From contig CBDFJF010000001.1 in assembly GCA_965248265.1 (NCBI GenBank), positions 160,001 to 224,000 on the forward strand: a DNA stretch of 64,000 nt, written 5' to 3'. This document shows, piece after piece, positions 31,978 through 42,300 of the stretch (its first letter is position 1; every line of letters begins with the position of its first letter). The notes below the pieces were generated by a model, which was not told the origin of the DNA, searched no databases, and saw nothing but the letters and a program-made list of their open reading frames with translations. Source of the DNA: Candidatus Latescibacterota bacterium. GTDB taxonomy: Bacteria; Latescibacterota; UBA2968; UBA8231. The translations under genes were made by a program, and so were the position numbers.

Positions 31978-34107
31978 TTACTTTTCCGCCAGAAGCTCCT
32001 CCACGTGCTTCTGAAAGTCGAGCATATCGGGAGGAGTCCCGACGTAGGCATAGCGCACGATTCCTTGCTTGTCGATCACAAAGCTCGTCGGTATGGCCGT
32101 CACATTGCCGTAGTCCTTCTGTACTCGATCGTCTCCCATCAGTAACGGGAAATTCAGTTCTTCCTTCTCCGCGTAAGACCGGACTTTCTCAGCCGTGTCG
32201 TTGATCGCAATGCCAATGACGCTGAATCCGTCGTCCTCATATTGATTCTGGAGCGCGAAAAAGGTCGGCATTTCCTCCCGACAAGGGCCACACCACGTAG
32301 CCCAGAAATCGACAATCAGGACGTGTCCCTCGAAATCGGCGAGTTTGACTTCCTTGCCGTCGATATCCTTCAGGACAAAATCAGGTGTTGGTTGGCCGAC
32401 AAACTCCGCTTTGTCCTTGCTCCTCCCTGGAGGCCCGAACTCATCGACCAGTTTTGACCCTTCAGGCAGGGCGAAGGTGAAGGTGTCCTCGGGAAAGGCC
32501 GGATCGATCTCGATGGCACTGTGACGCTCGGTGACGACCATTTTCTTGGGCATCCACTGCCGTTGCTCCTCCGGCATCTCCTTGGCCATCTGTGCCATAT
32601 CTACCTCAAAAGCCACCTGGCGGATCAGGTGATCTTTCTTGCCAATCCAGAGCCGTAGGTTGATCGGCTCATCCATCCCTCCCCTCAACGGGATGTGTGC
32701 TCCTTCCAGCGAACTCACTGGCACTGTCAGCTCGAAGACAGTAACGTTTGTGCCGTCCAGCTTCTCACGACCTACCTTCTTTACCCCCTCGGCGTCTTCC
32801 ATCAGCTCTTTGAGCGGGTCGTCGCTCATCAAGATGGGAAATAAGTAGATACCTCCACCGAAACCACCCATTCGACTGCGTAAATCAGCGGCTGTGGCTT
32901 TCTCGGGCGCTTTCTTCTGAGTGTACTGCTTCTGTCCTTCCATCCACCTCACGTCGAGGTAGGTGGTCAACATTAGCCCATCGCTGACCATAGCGGTCTC
33001 ATGCCCATGGCCCTTGGTGTCAAGTCGGAACCGATTGGGACGCTCGAAGGCGAACCACGTCGGTGTGGTCCTTTTCGTTTCCTCACCAGGCCGCTCCTGA
33101 TAGATCTCCATAGTCGTGCTGTCGCGGTAGCCTCGAAGGGATTGGTATCTCGCGGCAGCCATCGCCAGCTCCTCGGGCGGTTTGATCGGAGTCGCGGCAA
33201 AATCGATAACCATCTGTTCGCCAGCGTTGAATCTGGAGACCAACTCGGACTGAAGTCGGTCCAGCGCTGGCCACAAAACCCCAGCAAGGGTCCCTAAGTC
33301 AGCATAGCTTTCCAGCAGACCCTCTGGCAACGTCGGTCCCACAGCCACCTCCAGGCCTTCGTAATCCTGCACGAAAGCTAGATCGCCTAAGCGATCTGGA
33401 CGCCCTCCAGGCGTCCAGGTAATCCAATTGCCGTCTTCCGTACCATCCGCATCGTTTACCACGACATTGAACCCAATAGTCTTTCCCGCCTGGATCTGGA
33501 GGCGTTTCGAGGGAAAGTGTTCGAAAAGCGGGATGGACCACTCGTAGATCAGGCTCTCTCCCAGGCGCACAAAGGCGGCCTGCACTCCTGAGAGCTTCGT
33601 ATCCCCTCCACCAGACAAAGCGGGATTCCCATCCACCAGTGGCTTGAATCGACTTGGTCCGGGGACCATGACGTACTTCTGTGCGTCCTTCTCTCCTCCA
33701 CTTTGGAGGTCTCCCGGCCTGGGGCCGCTGTGGTCGGCATCCACGTAGATCTCACACAGGTCCTGGGTCACCACATTAGGTGCCTCTGGATGCACCACCA
33801 GATCCTCGTCCCGGACCACGATAGCCAAGTAGAGAGAATTGACCTCCAAGTCATAGCCGACGAAAAAGCCTGCCGTCAGATCCTCGGGTCCATCTGGCGG
33901 TGTGGATTTGTATGCCGAGGACACCCACTCAATGGGATACGAGGCCATGTGATCAGGCCAGTCGTCTAGCTTACCGTCGATGGTGATGCCCGGCAGGGGA
34001 ATGGCGTAGGCGGTCCTCTTGTTGTGGGCGTGAGAGGGGCCGTGTATGCCCGTCAGGAGGGCTATTGCAGCACAGATGGACGGATAGGGGATTCGCATAA
34101 ATCGCAT
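31978..34107 (-). CDS. Secreted fusion: CBM9/DOMON-like + LolA-like (DUF2092) + TlpA thioredoxin
   Basis: ITIDGKLDDWP...IGFNVVVNDAD; AFERPNRFRLD...WIGKKDHLIRQV; DFWATWCGPC. Confidence 0.8.
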   Translation of the reverse strand: MRFMRIPYPSICAAIALLTGIHGPSHAHNKRTAYAIPLPGITIDGKLDDWPDHMASYPIEWVSSAYKSTPPDGPEDLTAGFFVGYDLEVNSLYLAIVVRDEDLVVHPEAPNVVTQDLCEIYVDADHSGPRPGDLQSGGEKDAQKYVMVPGPSRFKPLVDGNPALSGGGDTKLSGVQAAFVRLGESLIYEWSIPLFEHFPSKRLQIQAGKTIGFNVVVNDADGTEDGNWITWTPGGRPDRLGDLAFVQDYEGLEVAVGPTLPEGLLESYADLGTLAGVLWPALDRLQSELVSRFNAGEQMVIDFAATPIKPPEELAMAAARYQSLRGYRDSTTMEIYQERPGEETKRTTPTWFAFERPNRFRLDTKGHGHETAMVSDGLMLTTYLDVRWMEGQKQYTQKKAPEKATAADLRSRMGGFGGGIYLFPILMSDDPLKELMEDAEGVKKVGREKLDGTNVTVFELTVPVSSLEGAHIPLRGGMDEPINLRLWIGKKDHLIRQVAFEVDMAQMAKEMPEEQRQWMPKKMVVTERHSAIEIDPAFPEDTFTFALPEGSKLVDEFGPPGRSKDKAEFVGQPTPDFVLKDIDGKEVKLADFEGHVLIVDFWATWCGPCREEMPTFFALQNQYEDDGFSVIGIAINDTAEKVRSYAEKEELNFPLLMGDDRVQKDYGNVTAIPTSFVIDKQGIVRYAYVGTPPDMLDFQKHVEELLAEK

Positions 34108-34132
34108 CGGTGTCAGCTCAGAGTTGGCCGAT

Positions 34133-34161
34133 AGGGTACGGAGATTCGGAGGGTGGACCAA
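34133..34161 (-). promoter_or_regulatory. Conserved inward sigma70-type promoter (element B)
   Basis: TTGGTC-17 nt-TACCCT. Confidence 0.5.
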
Positions 34162-34199
34162 GCGGGGGACAGCTTAACTCATTATAGTGGCCGTCAGAC

Positions 34200-34306
34200 G
34201 GGCTCTGAGGCTATCTGACGTCAGTGCAGACGTGCAGATACTTGGATTAGGGTCCCCCCACTTTCACGAATCCGCAAGAAGGGGTGCCGGGTCTGGGGGG
34301 GCGAGG
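34200..34306. repeat. Blocks Q + P of the element end (element B)
   Basis: GGGCTCTGAGGCTATCTG..GTGCAGATACTTGGATTAGGG TCCCCCCACTTTCACG...GGGGTGCCGGGTCTGGGGGGGCGAGG matches 43299-43432. Confidence 0.85.
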
Positions 34307-34439
34307 TGGCTGGTGGAGGGGCACCCAGTGGCCAGGCGTGCTCCGAAACGCTGCCGAAGGTACAGAGGAGGTAGAAAACGACGGCCAGCCAAACGGAGAG
34401 CTCTAACTAACTCCCTGTATTTTCAGGGATTAGATCCTC

Positions 34440-34472
34440 ACTCACCGCACTCGGACACCAGAACTTCTCGAT
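34440..34472. repeat. att-like 33-bp direct repeat (displaced copy of the isochorismatase 3' end)
   Basis: ACTCACCGCACTCGGACACCAGAACTTCTCGAT is identical to 43572-43604. Confidence 0.95.
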
Positions 34473-34524
34473 CTGCGCAGGGGATATGAACCGGTATGAA
34501 CTGGCCGGAACCACCAGAGGTGGA

Positions 34525-34723
34525 CCTGCAACCCGACGATAAAGCCGCCAACGAAGAAGCTGACGATGTGCAGCAGTCCCTGTGAGAGGAATTGCAGGCT
34601 GATCGACATGTAGCGGCTAATCAGCACGTCGCCAATGAGTCCCCCCAGCAGTAACTCAACGGCGATGAATATCCCCATGCTGGCGAACATCCAGACCTTC
34701 GAGAAAGGCCGCGAATCGTTCAC
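34525..34723 (-). pseudogene. Membrane protein N-terminal fragment cut off by the element end
   Basis: AAGGAG RBS, GTG start, two TM segments, then reads into the att region. Confidence 0.45.
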
Positions 34724-34818
34724 TCTGTCTCCTTCTTCCACGCGTGGCAACTTAGCGGCTCCACACAAGAGCCAGACAGGCGTCCAGCGGGGCATCGCTT
34801 CACTACCCTGTGTGTGGA

Positions 34819-35232
34819 TCAATATCCCCCAGTACTCGTTCCCGAAGTCCGGGTCGTGGCGACTGGTCGGCGCGTAATTGACAACGTCCCTTCCATGCCC
34901 TGTGCCCGATGGCCGGGAACGGCGCAGTAGAAGATATAGGTCCCTTCCGAGACGCCGCTCAATTGCGCGCTGGTCGTGTCACCTGCTGGTATATCCACAT
35001 TGACGTTGAGAGCATCGATAGTGAGCGTATGGCCCATATCCGCGCTACTCAATCGTATGGTGACCTCGTCTCCCGGATCAAAGGCAATCCCTCCCGGATT
35101 GAACTGGAACGTACTGGCGGTCATCTCAATGACGCCGTTCGATGGACGGGTTGGCCCGCCGCTATCATCTTCACAGGATGTGAGAAGGCAAGAGGTGAGG
35201 GCGGCGATGAAAACACCTGCGATAGTTTTCAT
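34819..35232 (-). CDS. Cupredoxin-domain lipoprotein
   Basis: Lipobox-like LLTSC; type 1 copper ligands H...FYCAVPGHRAQGM. Confidence 0.85.
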   Translation of the reverse strand: MKTIAGVFIAALTSCLLTSCEDDSGGPTRPSNGVIEMTASTFQFNPGGIAFDPGDEVTIRLSSADMGHTLTIDALNVNVDIPAGDTTSAQLSGVSEGTYIFYCAVPGHRAQGMEGTLSITRRPVATTRTSGTSTGGY

Positions 35233-35404
35233 AATTCCGGATTCTTCACTTTTGTCAAATAGCCACAATCAGAAGGAACCGTGTCACGATCATTCCTCCT
35301 GTGCAGTGATGCTAAGTGGGGGCAGGCGAGAGTTTGATGTGGCGAGGGATGGGCGTCAAGCGTATGTCCGGATAACGAAGGAAGTGCAGAATGGTTGTCC
35401 GAAT

Positions 35405-36298
35405 CTACGGCCTGCTACCGTACTTTAACTCACCCCAACCCCTTGGTGTGACAGCCGTTGGCGCGTCACCCATACGCAACACACGAACACCAACGAAACC
35501 ACTTTCGCCGCGTGGGGAGCCGCCAGCCCGAAACGCCGAGCGAGTGCTTCGGCCTGCATTGCGGAAGTATCCGCCCCGAAAGACACGGACATTGGAGTCT
35601 GTTTTTGGCGTTAACGGGTCAATCTGGGGGTCATTCGTGTACATTCCAAACCCGTCCTGTACCCACTCGAACACATTCCCGTGCATATCATAAAGACCCC
35701 ATGGATTCGGTAACTTCGAACCCACCGGCTGGCCATACTGCAAACCTATGTCCCAAGCGTTCTTTCCATACCATGCGTAGTCTTCTAACTGGCTCTCATC
35801 ATCGCCGAAGGACCACAGGGTGGTAGTTCCGGCTCGACACGCATATTCCCATTCTGCCTCTGTCGGCAATCGATACAGTTCCTCGCCCTCCATTTCGTTC
35901 AAACGGCTGAAGAGTATCAAGGCAACGTTATACGAAATGTAAACCGCAGGGTGGTCCGGGTTGGACTGCACGAAGTCCTGGCCTGACCACGGAGTCCTAC
36001 CCATCACCGCCTCCCACTGTCCCTGGGTGATCTCAAACTTCCCCAGATAAAAACCCTGACTGATCGTCACGCTGTGTGCGGGTTGATCCTCTTGGAACTC
36101 GCCGTCCAACACTTCATCTCCCAGTGGGCCAGAGCGGTAAGCTTGCGCCTGTTCTTCAGTCGTTCCCATGACGAATGTGCCTGGCTCAATCCACACCATC
36201 TCCATCGTCGCGCCGCCAGGTAAGTCCACGGTGATCTCCGTGTTTGCGCTTACGCTCGTCACCGAAAGCATGAGAATGCATGTTAGCTTTTTCATCAT
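35405..36298 (-). CDS. Secreted FGE-sulfatase (SUMF1-like) domain protein with a WGxLK tail
   Basis: YRLPTEAEWEYACRAG, PNPWGLYDMHGNVFEW, RVFRGG; ends PTAVTPRGWGELK. Confidence 0.9.
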   Translation of the reverse strand: MMKKLTCILMLSVTSVSANTEITVDLPGGATMEMVWIEPGTFVMGTTEEQAQAYRSGPLGDEVLDGEFQEDQPAHSVTISQGFYLGKFEITQGQWEAVMGRTPWSGQDFVQSNPDHPAVYISYNVALILFSRLNEMEGEELYRLPTEAEWEYACRAGTTTLWSFGDDESQLEDYAWYGKNAWDIGLQYGQPVGSKLPNPWGLYDMHGNVFEWVQDGFGMYTNDPQIDPLTPKTDSNVRVFRGGYFRNAGRSTRSAFRAGGSPRGESGFVGVRVLRMGDAPTAVTPRGWGELKYGSRP

Positions 36299-36446
36299 GG
36301 TCCCTTCACCTTCGCATGATCCAACGCCCACTCCAGTACGCCATCGTCGGAACACGGCTCGACGTACTGCTGCAACCTGCCCAGCAGATCTGTCATCGTG
36401 ACTGATTGAATCCAAGGTTACCATCCAGCGCCACCCTTATGTCGTG

Positions 36447-36716
36447 CTACTCCGACTCGATCCGGTCTGGACTCTGGACGAACCAATCCACGTGGCCGCA
36501 ATTCGCACAGATCAAGGTCGTGGCGGATTTGTTCGCCCAGTCCAAGTTCAAGAGCGTCAAACCGGCCGTATTGAGCTGTGCCGATCCCTGCTCGAACTCT
36601 TCGAGCCCGCAGTGAGAGCAGGTGATGAGCTTGTCCTTGAGAGTAAATCGACCGGGAGCGAACGAGGTCGCTGCGGCCTGTACGCCCCTTCTCAAAGCTG
36701 TCAGAAGCTTCGCCAT
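36447..36716 (-). CDS. Small zinc-ribbon protein
   Basis: CSHC...LNTAGLTLLNLDWANKSA..CANCG; GGAGGAG RBS. Confidence 0.75.
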   Translation of the reverse strand: MAKLLTALRRGVQAAATSFAPGRFTLKDKLITCSHCGLEEFEQGSAQLNTAGLTLLNLDWANKSATTLICANCGHVDWFVQSPDRIESE

Positions 36717-36826
36717 GGTCTCCTCCAGATTGCGATTCCGATGTGGGGATTCGGGAAGATGTGTACGCAGCCTGCCATTGTGATCACGAGTGTAGTCGGT
36801 GGGAGTGAAGGGTCAAGAGTGGCGCA

Positions 36827-38281
36827 CTATCTCAGCAGCAGGAGCTTCCGCGTTTCCACTCGCTCGCCAGCTTGTAATCGATACAGATACACGCCACTGG
36901 CTAGCTCACGCTCGTTATCATCTCGACCGTTCCATCGAAGGGTATACGTCCCCGCACTTCGATAACCGCGCAGCAGACTCGCCACCTTCTGTCCTGCGAG
37001 GTTGTATAAGGATAGATCAACCTCGTCGGCGGTAGGCAGGGCGAAGCGAATGACGGTGTTGCTATTGAAGGGATTGGGGTAGTTCTGCCGTAGCGCAATC
37101 TGGTGCGGCAGTGTCGGCGCTGGTTCTTCTTCCACGGCAGTCGGCAACGGGAGTGCTGGGTCATGCGCCGCGAGCATGGCTTCGCGGTATTCGACCGGGA
37201 GAAGCGGCCATTCGTCGGGACCGGGTCGCCTCCAGAGATTCACGTTCTGACTGTAGACCCAGACATATTCGTCGGTGTGCTCGAGGGCGCCTCGCAACGC
37301 CGTGGTCAACTCGGTAGGTGAGTAGTAGTTGCTGTTGAAATTCTCGGTGGAGAAGCCGCTGGAGCTGCTGCCGATGAATATGGGGAACGCGATCCGGGCG
37401 TGGCGGTCGAACTTCTCCGGCACCCTGCTGTGAGCTCGGACTTCGGTCTTGAATTCCATCGCCACCTCCTCGAACTGGGCGGCCGTCTTGAACTTGTAGG
37501 CTTTCTCCGCGCCATCGATGATCATGGCCTCGCCAGAGCATTCCGACAGCAGCCCGTCGAAGAACGGGCGCGTGAGATCGAAGTGGTCGCGCGACGCCCC
37601 AAAGTTCGAGTGCACCGGCCCGAGAAGGGTGATTATCCTGATGTCCGGGTAGACGGAGCTGACGGCCCGCATGATCTCGGCACCGCGCTCGAATACCTTG
37701 TCGTAGTATGCCTCGATCGTCCTGGGAGCGAGGTGGTTAACGCGTTGGGAGTCCCACAGGTTCGTGGCATTGTAGGCCTCGTTGTCGAACAAGAAACCCA
37801 CCATGCCGGCGCGTTTGCAGTACTCGGCGGCCACCTTCCAGTTGCTCACGACGGCGTCGAACTCAGAATCGAACCAGTTCGGCACCTTCAAGCCCGCTAT
37901 GCCGGGGTCGAGGTAGACGAGAAGGAAATTCTCCATATACAAATTCGTATCAGCCGACCGCATGAGCTCAATGCCGGTATCGAGATCCACGAGGCGGTGG
38001 AAATCTTTCCGGAACAAACGGCCAACTGCCTCGGTGCGGAGGCCGTCCTTTTCGGTAATCGGGTAGATCGTAACGCCGTCGACGACTGGCATGACTCTTT
38101 CCATCTCACGCACATCGTCGAAGAACATGCGGGCAGTGGGTCTGCCGCTGAAGGAGATGACTTTCTTGCCGGTGTGAGCGGGCTGACTCCATCCCGGAAT
38201 CGCGAACACCAGGATCAGGCCCAGGACCAGCAGCGAGCTGACGCAGCACAAGGTGCAATACCATTGGATGAATCGGTTCAT
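36827..38281 (-). CDS. Secreted TIM-barrel glycoside hydrolase-like protein with T9SS/FlgD-like C-terminal domain
   Basis: GFLFDNEAY; LRQNYPNPFNS...WNGRDDNERELASGVYLYRLQAG. Confidence 0.75.
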   Translation of the reverse strand: MNRFIQWYCTLCCVSSLLVLGLILVFAIPGWSQPAHTGKKVISFSGRPTARMFFDDVREMERVMPVVDGVTIYPITEKDGLRTEAVGRLFRKDFHRLVDLDTGIELMRSADTNLYMENFLLVYLDPGIAGLKVPNWFDSEFDAVVSNWKVAAEYCKRAGMVGFLFDNEAYNATNLWDSQRVNHLAPRTIEAYYDKVFERGAEIMRAVSSVYPDIRIITLLGPVHSNFGASRDHFDLTRPFFDGLLSECSGEAMIIDGAEKAYKFKTAAQFEEVAMEFKTEVRAHSRVPEKFDRHARIAFPIFIGSSSSGFSTENFNSNYYSPTELTTALRGALEHTDEYVWVYSQNVNLWRRPGPDEWPLLPVEYREAMLAAHDPALPLPTAVEEEPAPTLPHQIALRQNYPNPFNSNTVIRFALPTADEVDLSLYNLAGQKVASLLRGYRSAGTYTLRWNGRDDNERELASGVYLYRLQAGERVETRKLLLLR

Positions 38282-38451
38282 ATGATGGTCCCCTTTGGTG
38301 GCTGTAGGATACACTTTTGCAAGAGACGTGCCAAGAAGGGCGACAGGAGAGTCAGGCGGTGCTAACTCATTGTTGCTGTGGGGATTGAGGTTAGCAGACT
38401 GTTTCCCGGACACATCGAGGCCGTGAGTCCGGTTTTCTGGACGGATTTCGT

Positions 38452-38609
38452 GGGTAGAATAGTTACGGGCTTCTCCTTCTCTACTCTCTCCCTCTCTCTG
38501 ACTTTTCTACCCCTCAAAAGGGATGTGAGGTGATTTCATGGGTAGAGTTGTTACCGTTGGTATGTCTCTTTCTTTCTCTCATTCTCTCTAACATTTCTAC
38601 CCTTCAAAT
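38452..38609. repeat. Block R1 iteron array (element A)
   Basis: GGGTAGAATAGTTAC / TGACTTTTCTACCC / GGGTAGAGTTGTTAC / TAACATTTCTACCC. Confidence 0.85.
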
Positions 38610-38651
38610 CGAATGGCATGCGACTGAAGGTGCTCCCCCATCAGTGTCGAT

Positions 38652-38764
38652 GTCGATCAAATGTTCTGTGAGGCCACGAAGTTGCCCACATTCGTCGATC
38701 GGTATGTAGGTGGCGTAACAGGTACCCGCAGACATTATAGAGCGTCAGAACGCCTGTAGAACGC
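38652..38764. repeat. Block R2 (element A)
   Basis: Matches 21712-21824. Confidence 0.85.
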
Positions 38765-38832
38765 CTCAGCGCCATCTTCATCAACATCTACGGACAATTC
38801 GACCCGGATCTATACACACTGCCGATGTTGCC

Positions 38833-39087
38833 TTACTGCAAGTCAGGCTTCCGAGATAGCGTTGAATGGTTCATAAGCCAGTAGCAAAGGACGCCCAGAC
38901 CGGGAACCGAAAATGCGAGTAGCGACCATATCCACGGACCAAAATCCATAGCCAGGGACGGTAGCTGATGGGCATTCTTTTGCACCGAGATACCAATCGC
39001 TATTTGAACAACGACTAAACACACGACGGCCAGAATGAACGGGGCGTAGATGACGATGAAAACAAATGGTACAAGAGCCATTTCCAT
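38833..39087 (-). CDS. Small membrane protein
   Basis: GAGGAG RBS; 2-3 hydrophobic segments; ends YWLMNHSTLS. Confidence 0.6.
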   Translation of the reverse strand: MEMALVPFVFIVIYAPFILAVVCLVVVQIAIGISVQKNAHQLPSLAMDFGPWIWSLLAFSVPGLGVLCYWLMNHSTLSRKPDLQ

Positions 39088-39148
39088 GTGATCAATCTCC
39101 TCTGACGTTGCTACCAATCATCGTAAGTTGCTTTTCATATGCGTGGGA

Positions 39149-39258
39149 CTGACACACTGACACAGTCCGACACAGAATTGGGGTAGGTTGCTATAGTGGG
39201 GATTTGCTGTATTGCAGAGCTTACCCTACAACCGTGTCGGGGTACGTCAGTGTGTCAG
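39149..39258. repeat. Block R3 palindromic iteron array (element A)
   Basis: CTGACACACTGACACAGTCCGACACAG ... CCGTGTCGGGGTACGTCAGTGTGTCAG. Confidence 0.85.
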
Positions 39259-39353
39259 TTGAAGCAGCATTCACGCGTTTACCCGCACTGCCAAACCGGT
39301 AACGTCGTCGCCCTGCGGAGCCGATCCCAGAGAAGGTCGAAACATGACTCGCT

Positions 39354-42300
39354 TCATCGCGCCGCCAGCTTTAGTTGTGACTCCTCCAGCCTCCGAACGA
39401 CAGCGGTCAGTGCGTCCAACTGCAGTCGCAACTCATCGTTACTCCGAGCCAACGTTTCCTTTTCGGATCGCAGTTCCGACAACTCAGCCTCCACCTGAGT
39501 CAATTCGGCACTACCAGACGCGGCCTTCTCGTGCTGTTGCTCGATGATCCCTTGCTGTTCCTGAATAGCCTTGACGAGAACAGGGACGAAATCGGAATAG
39601 TAAAGGCCCAGGGTCTGGTCAGGATCGTCGCCGATGTGGACGACCTCGTCGATTACAGTCCGCACCTCCTGGGCGATCAAACCAAGCTTCCTGCCCCGTT
39701 CAGGCCGGTCCTTCCAGGTATAGGAGACAGGGTGCAGACGCATCACTTCGTTGAGCCCATATGGACTGTCCTGGATACTCTCCTTCATCCGGCGATCTGA
39801 CGTGTTCACCGAACCACTAACGGCGAATACGTCCGTCCATCGATTACCCGATGCACCGCAAGAAATTGTGTTGTCAGTGAGCGGCCTGATGTTACCACCG
39901 AAATCGACAATACCAGCACCGAACTGGATGTTATTTCCAGCCGGTTGGATCCAAAGCTTTTTGCTATTCAGCGACTGTATGTAACCACCATTTGCATCAA
40001 CGCCAACGGCTACCTGACTGAGTGCTCCGCCACTCTGTCCGTTAGTCGCCATTATGTGCTGCCCGCTGCCGCCCGGTGTGGCATCTACCTTGGATACCAA
40101 CAGCGGGTGAGATCCGGAAGGACTCGTCGTGCCGATGCTGACGTTGCCACCTGTGGGTTGCAACACTATCTCAGTGCCGCTCTGTGATAGGAGTTCCAAA
40201 TCTCCTGTTGTCCCATCACGTGTTATAGAACCGGATGTTGCGGACGCGAAGAGAAGGGACAGATCCACACCGGCAGACTTCAGCAAAACATTACCAGTCA
40301 CTTCAAGCTTTTCTCCTGGTGCTGTGTTGCCGATGCCGACATCGTTGGCTGACGTGATGCGCATCGCCTCACTGCCACCCGTGTGGAATAGGATGGGAAG
40401 GCTGTTGGATTGAAGATAAAGGGCGGATTCGTCAACAGGTGAATAGAGCCATCCCTGCAGGTTCGCATCCTTCATGACCCGAAAACCACTATTGAGACTA
40501 CCCGCGGATTGAGCCGTGACATCGATATAGGTCGTGGCCGCACCTCCATCCACAACCAGTTCCTCTGCCGGACTCGTCGTGCCGATGCCGACGTTGCCGG
40601 CTGCGCTCACGGTCATCCTCGTCGTCGAGCCCGTCTGAAATTGAATGTCACGGGAGCCCGAGTTGTGTCCGATCTGTAGTCCAGTGGCATCAATGTGATC
40701 GACCGTGCTGGCGAAGCTTGCACCTTCGAGCTTCAGCCCAACGGATCCAGAAAGCACATCTCGGGCGTGTACCCGAGTAGTCGGTGCTGTTGTGCCCACG
40801 CCCACGTTGCCAGCATCGTCCACGACAAGCCGATATGTGGCGACACTCGTCTCGGCCTTATCCCGTACCTGGAAGAGCCACCAGGCGTTCTGCAATGCGG
40901 GGATGGCCGAATAGGCATCGGACCAGACTCCACTTTGCCACTTTATGTTTCCGCTCGTTCTGTCGAAATACTCGATCGTCCCATAATTATTAGTACCGTC
41001 ATCATACCGCATTCGCATCGTGAAGAATGGTCCCAGGTCAACGTCTATTGGAGTAATAGGGCTTGTTGTTCCGATTCCGAGCCCCCCATCCTTCCAGTAC
41101 ATATAGGCTTCCGACAGATCACCTTTCCAAAGTGCCAGGTCGTCTATGTTGTTGCTCTGCTGAAACCGGACTTTGCCCGTTCCCCTTGTGAACGTGAGCT
41201 GATCGCCTCCTGTTCCTTCGGCCACGTGGAGTTTTGCCAACGGCGAAGTAGTGCCTATACCCACGTTGCCATTCACCGTCAGTCCCCCAACTCCTGCGAC
41301 ATCGACAGCACCGTTGTCCGCTGTGATGGTGCGGCCAGCTCCCGCTCCACCTTCGTCGTAGGCTTCGTCAAGTGTATTCTGCGTGTCGGTGTCGGTATTG
41401 GTGTCGGTGGCGTTGAAGGTGAGGGTGTTGCCGGAAGGAGCGATGGCCATGTTAGTACCAGCGGCCAGAGTGACTGCGTCAGTAAGGCTGTTCACCGTCA
41501 GAACCACCGCACCTGCGGCAACATCGCCTGCCACTATGGTCGCATTGGCAATCTCAGCCGAGGTGACCGCACCAGGGGCAATCTTGGCAGTTGTGACAGC
41601 GGCGGCGGCCAGTTCCGTGGTCCCAACTCCACCTGCGGCGATATCGAGGGTTACATCGCCCGTGGTGCCGCCATTGGCAAGGCCCGTACCCGCCGTTACG
41701 CCAGTGATGTCACCCCCGGCGGTGGCGGCAATAGTCAGGGTGTTACCGGCCGGGGTGATGTTGATGTTAGATCCCGCGGCCAGAGTGACGGCATCGGTCA
41801 GGGTGTTGAGAGTGGTGACCACTGCGCCACCTGCTATATCGCCAGCGCCGATGGTCGCATCGAGGATCTTCGCACTCGTCACCGCGTCATTGGCCAGATC
41901 GGCTGTAGCAATGGTGGCGTCCAGGATTTCATCGGTGGCCACAGCGCCTGTGGCAATGTCAGTGGCGACAATGGTTGCGTCGGCGATCTTTGCACTCGTT
42001 ACCGCATCGGGGGCCAGATCAGCCTCCGCAACTGCACCGTCGATGATCTTGGCACCTGTGATCGAGTTGTCTGCTATGTCGCCAGTGCCCACCTCATTTC
42101 CACCGGTGGTCGAGATCGTGATGTTCTGGCCGACTTGAACGATGTCGATGTTGGCACCCTCAAGCAGGGTTACGTCGTTGGTGGCCGAGTTGAGACTCAA
42201 TACCGCCGTGTCCGTGGCCAACTTGGCTGCCGTCACCGAGGCGTCCTGGATCTTGGCAGTCGTTACTGCATCGGCCGCGATCTCTGCCTCGCTCACGGCA

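Larger units (their letters stand above)
30590..34472 (-). mobile_element. Element B: partial relative of element A (att copy, arm-like repeats, motif P, promoter, cargo, R3)
   Basis: 34133-34306 aligns with 43212-43432; R3 at 30820-30930; left boundary uncertain. Confidence 0.7.

Noticed and set aside
35405-35620. FGE-sulfatase C-terminus as a diversity-generating retroelement variable region
   Set aside because: The fold is a common DGR target, but I saw no template repeat copy and no reverse transcriptase in the window.
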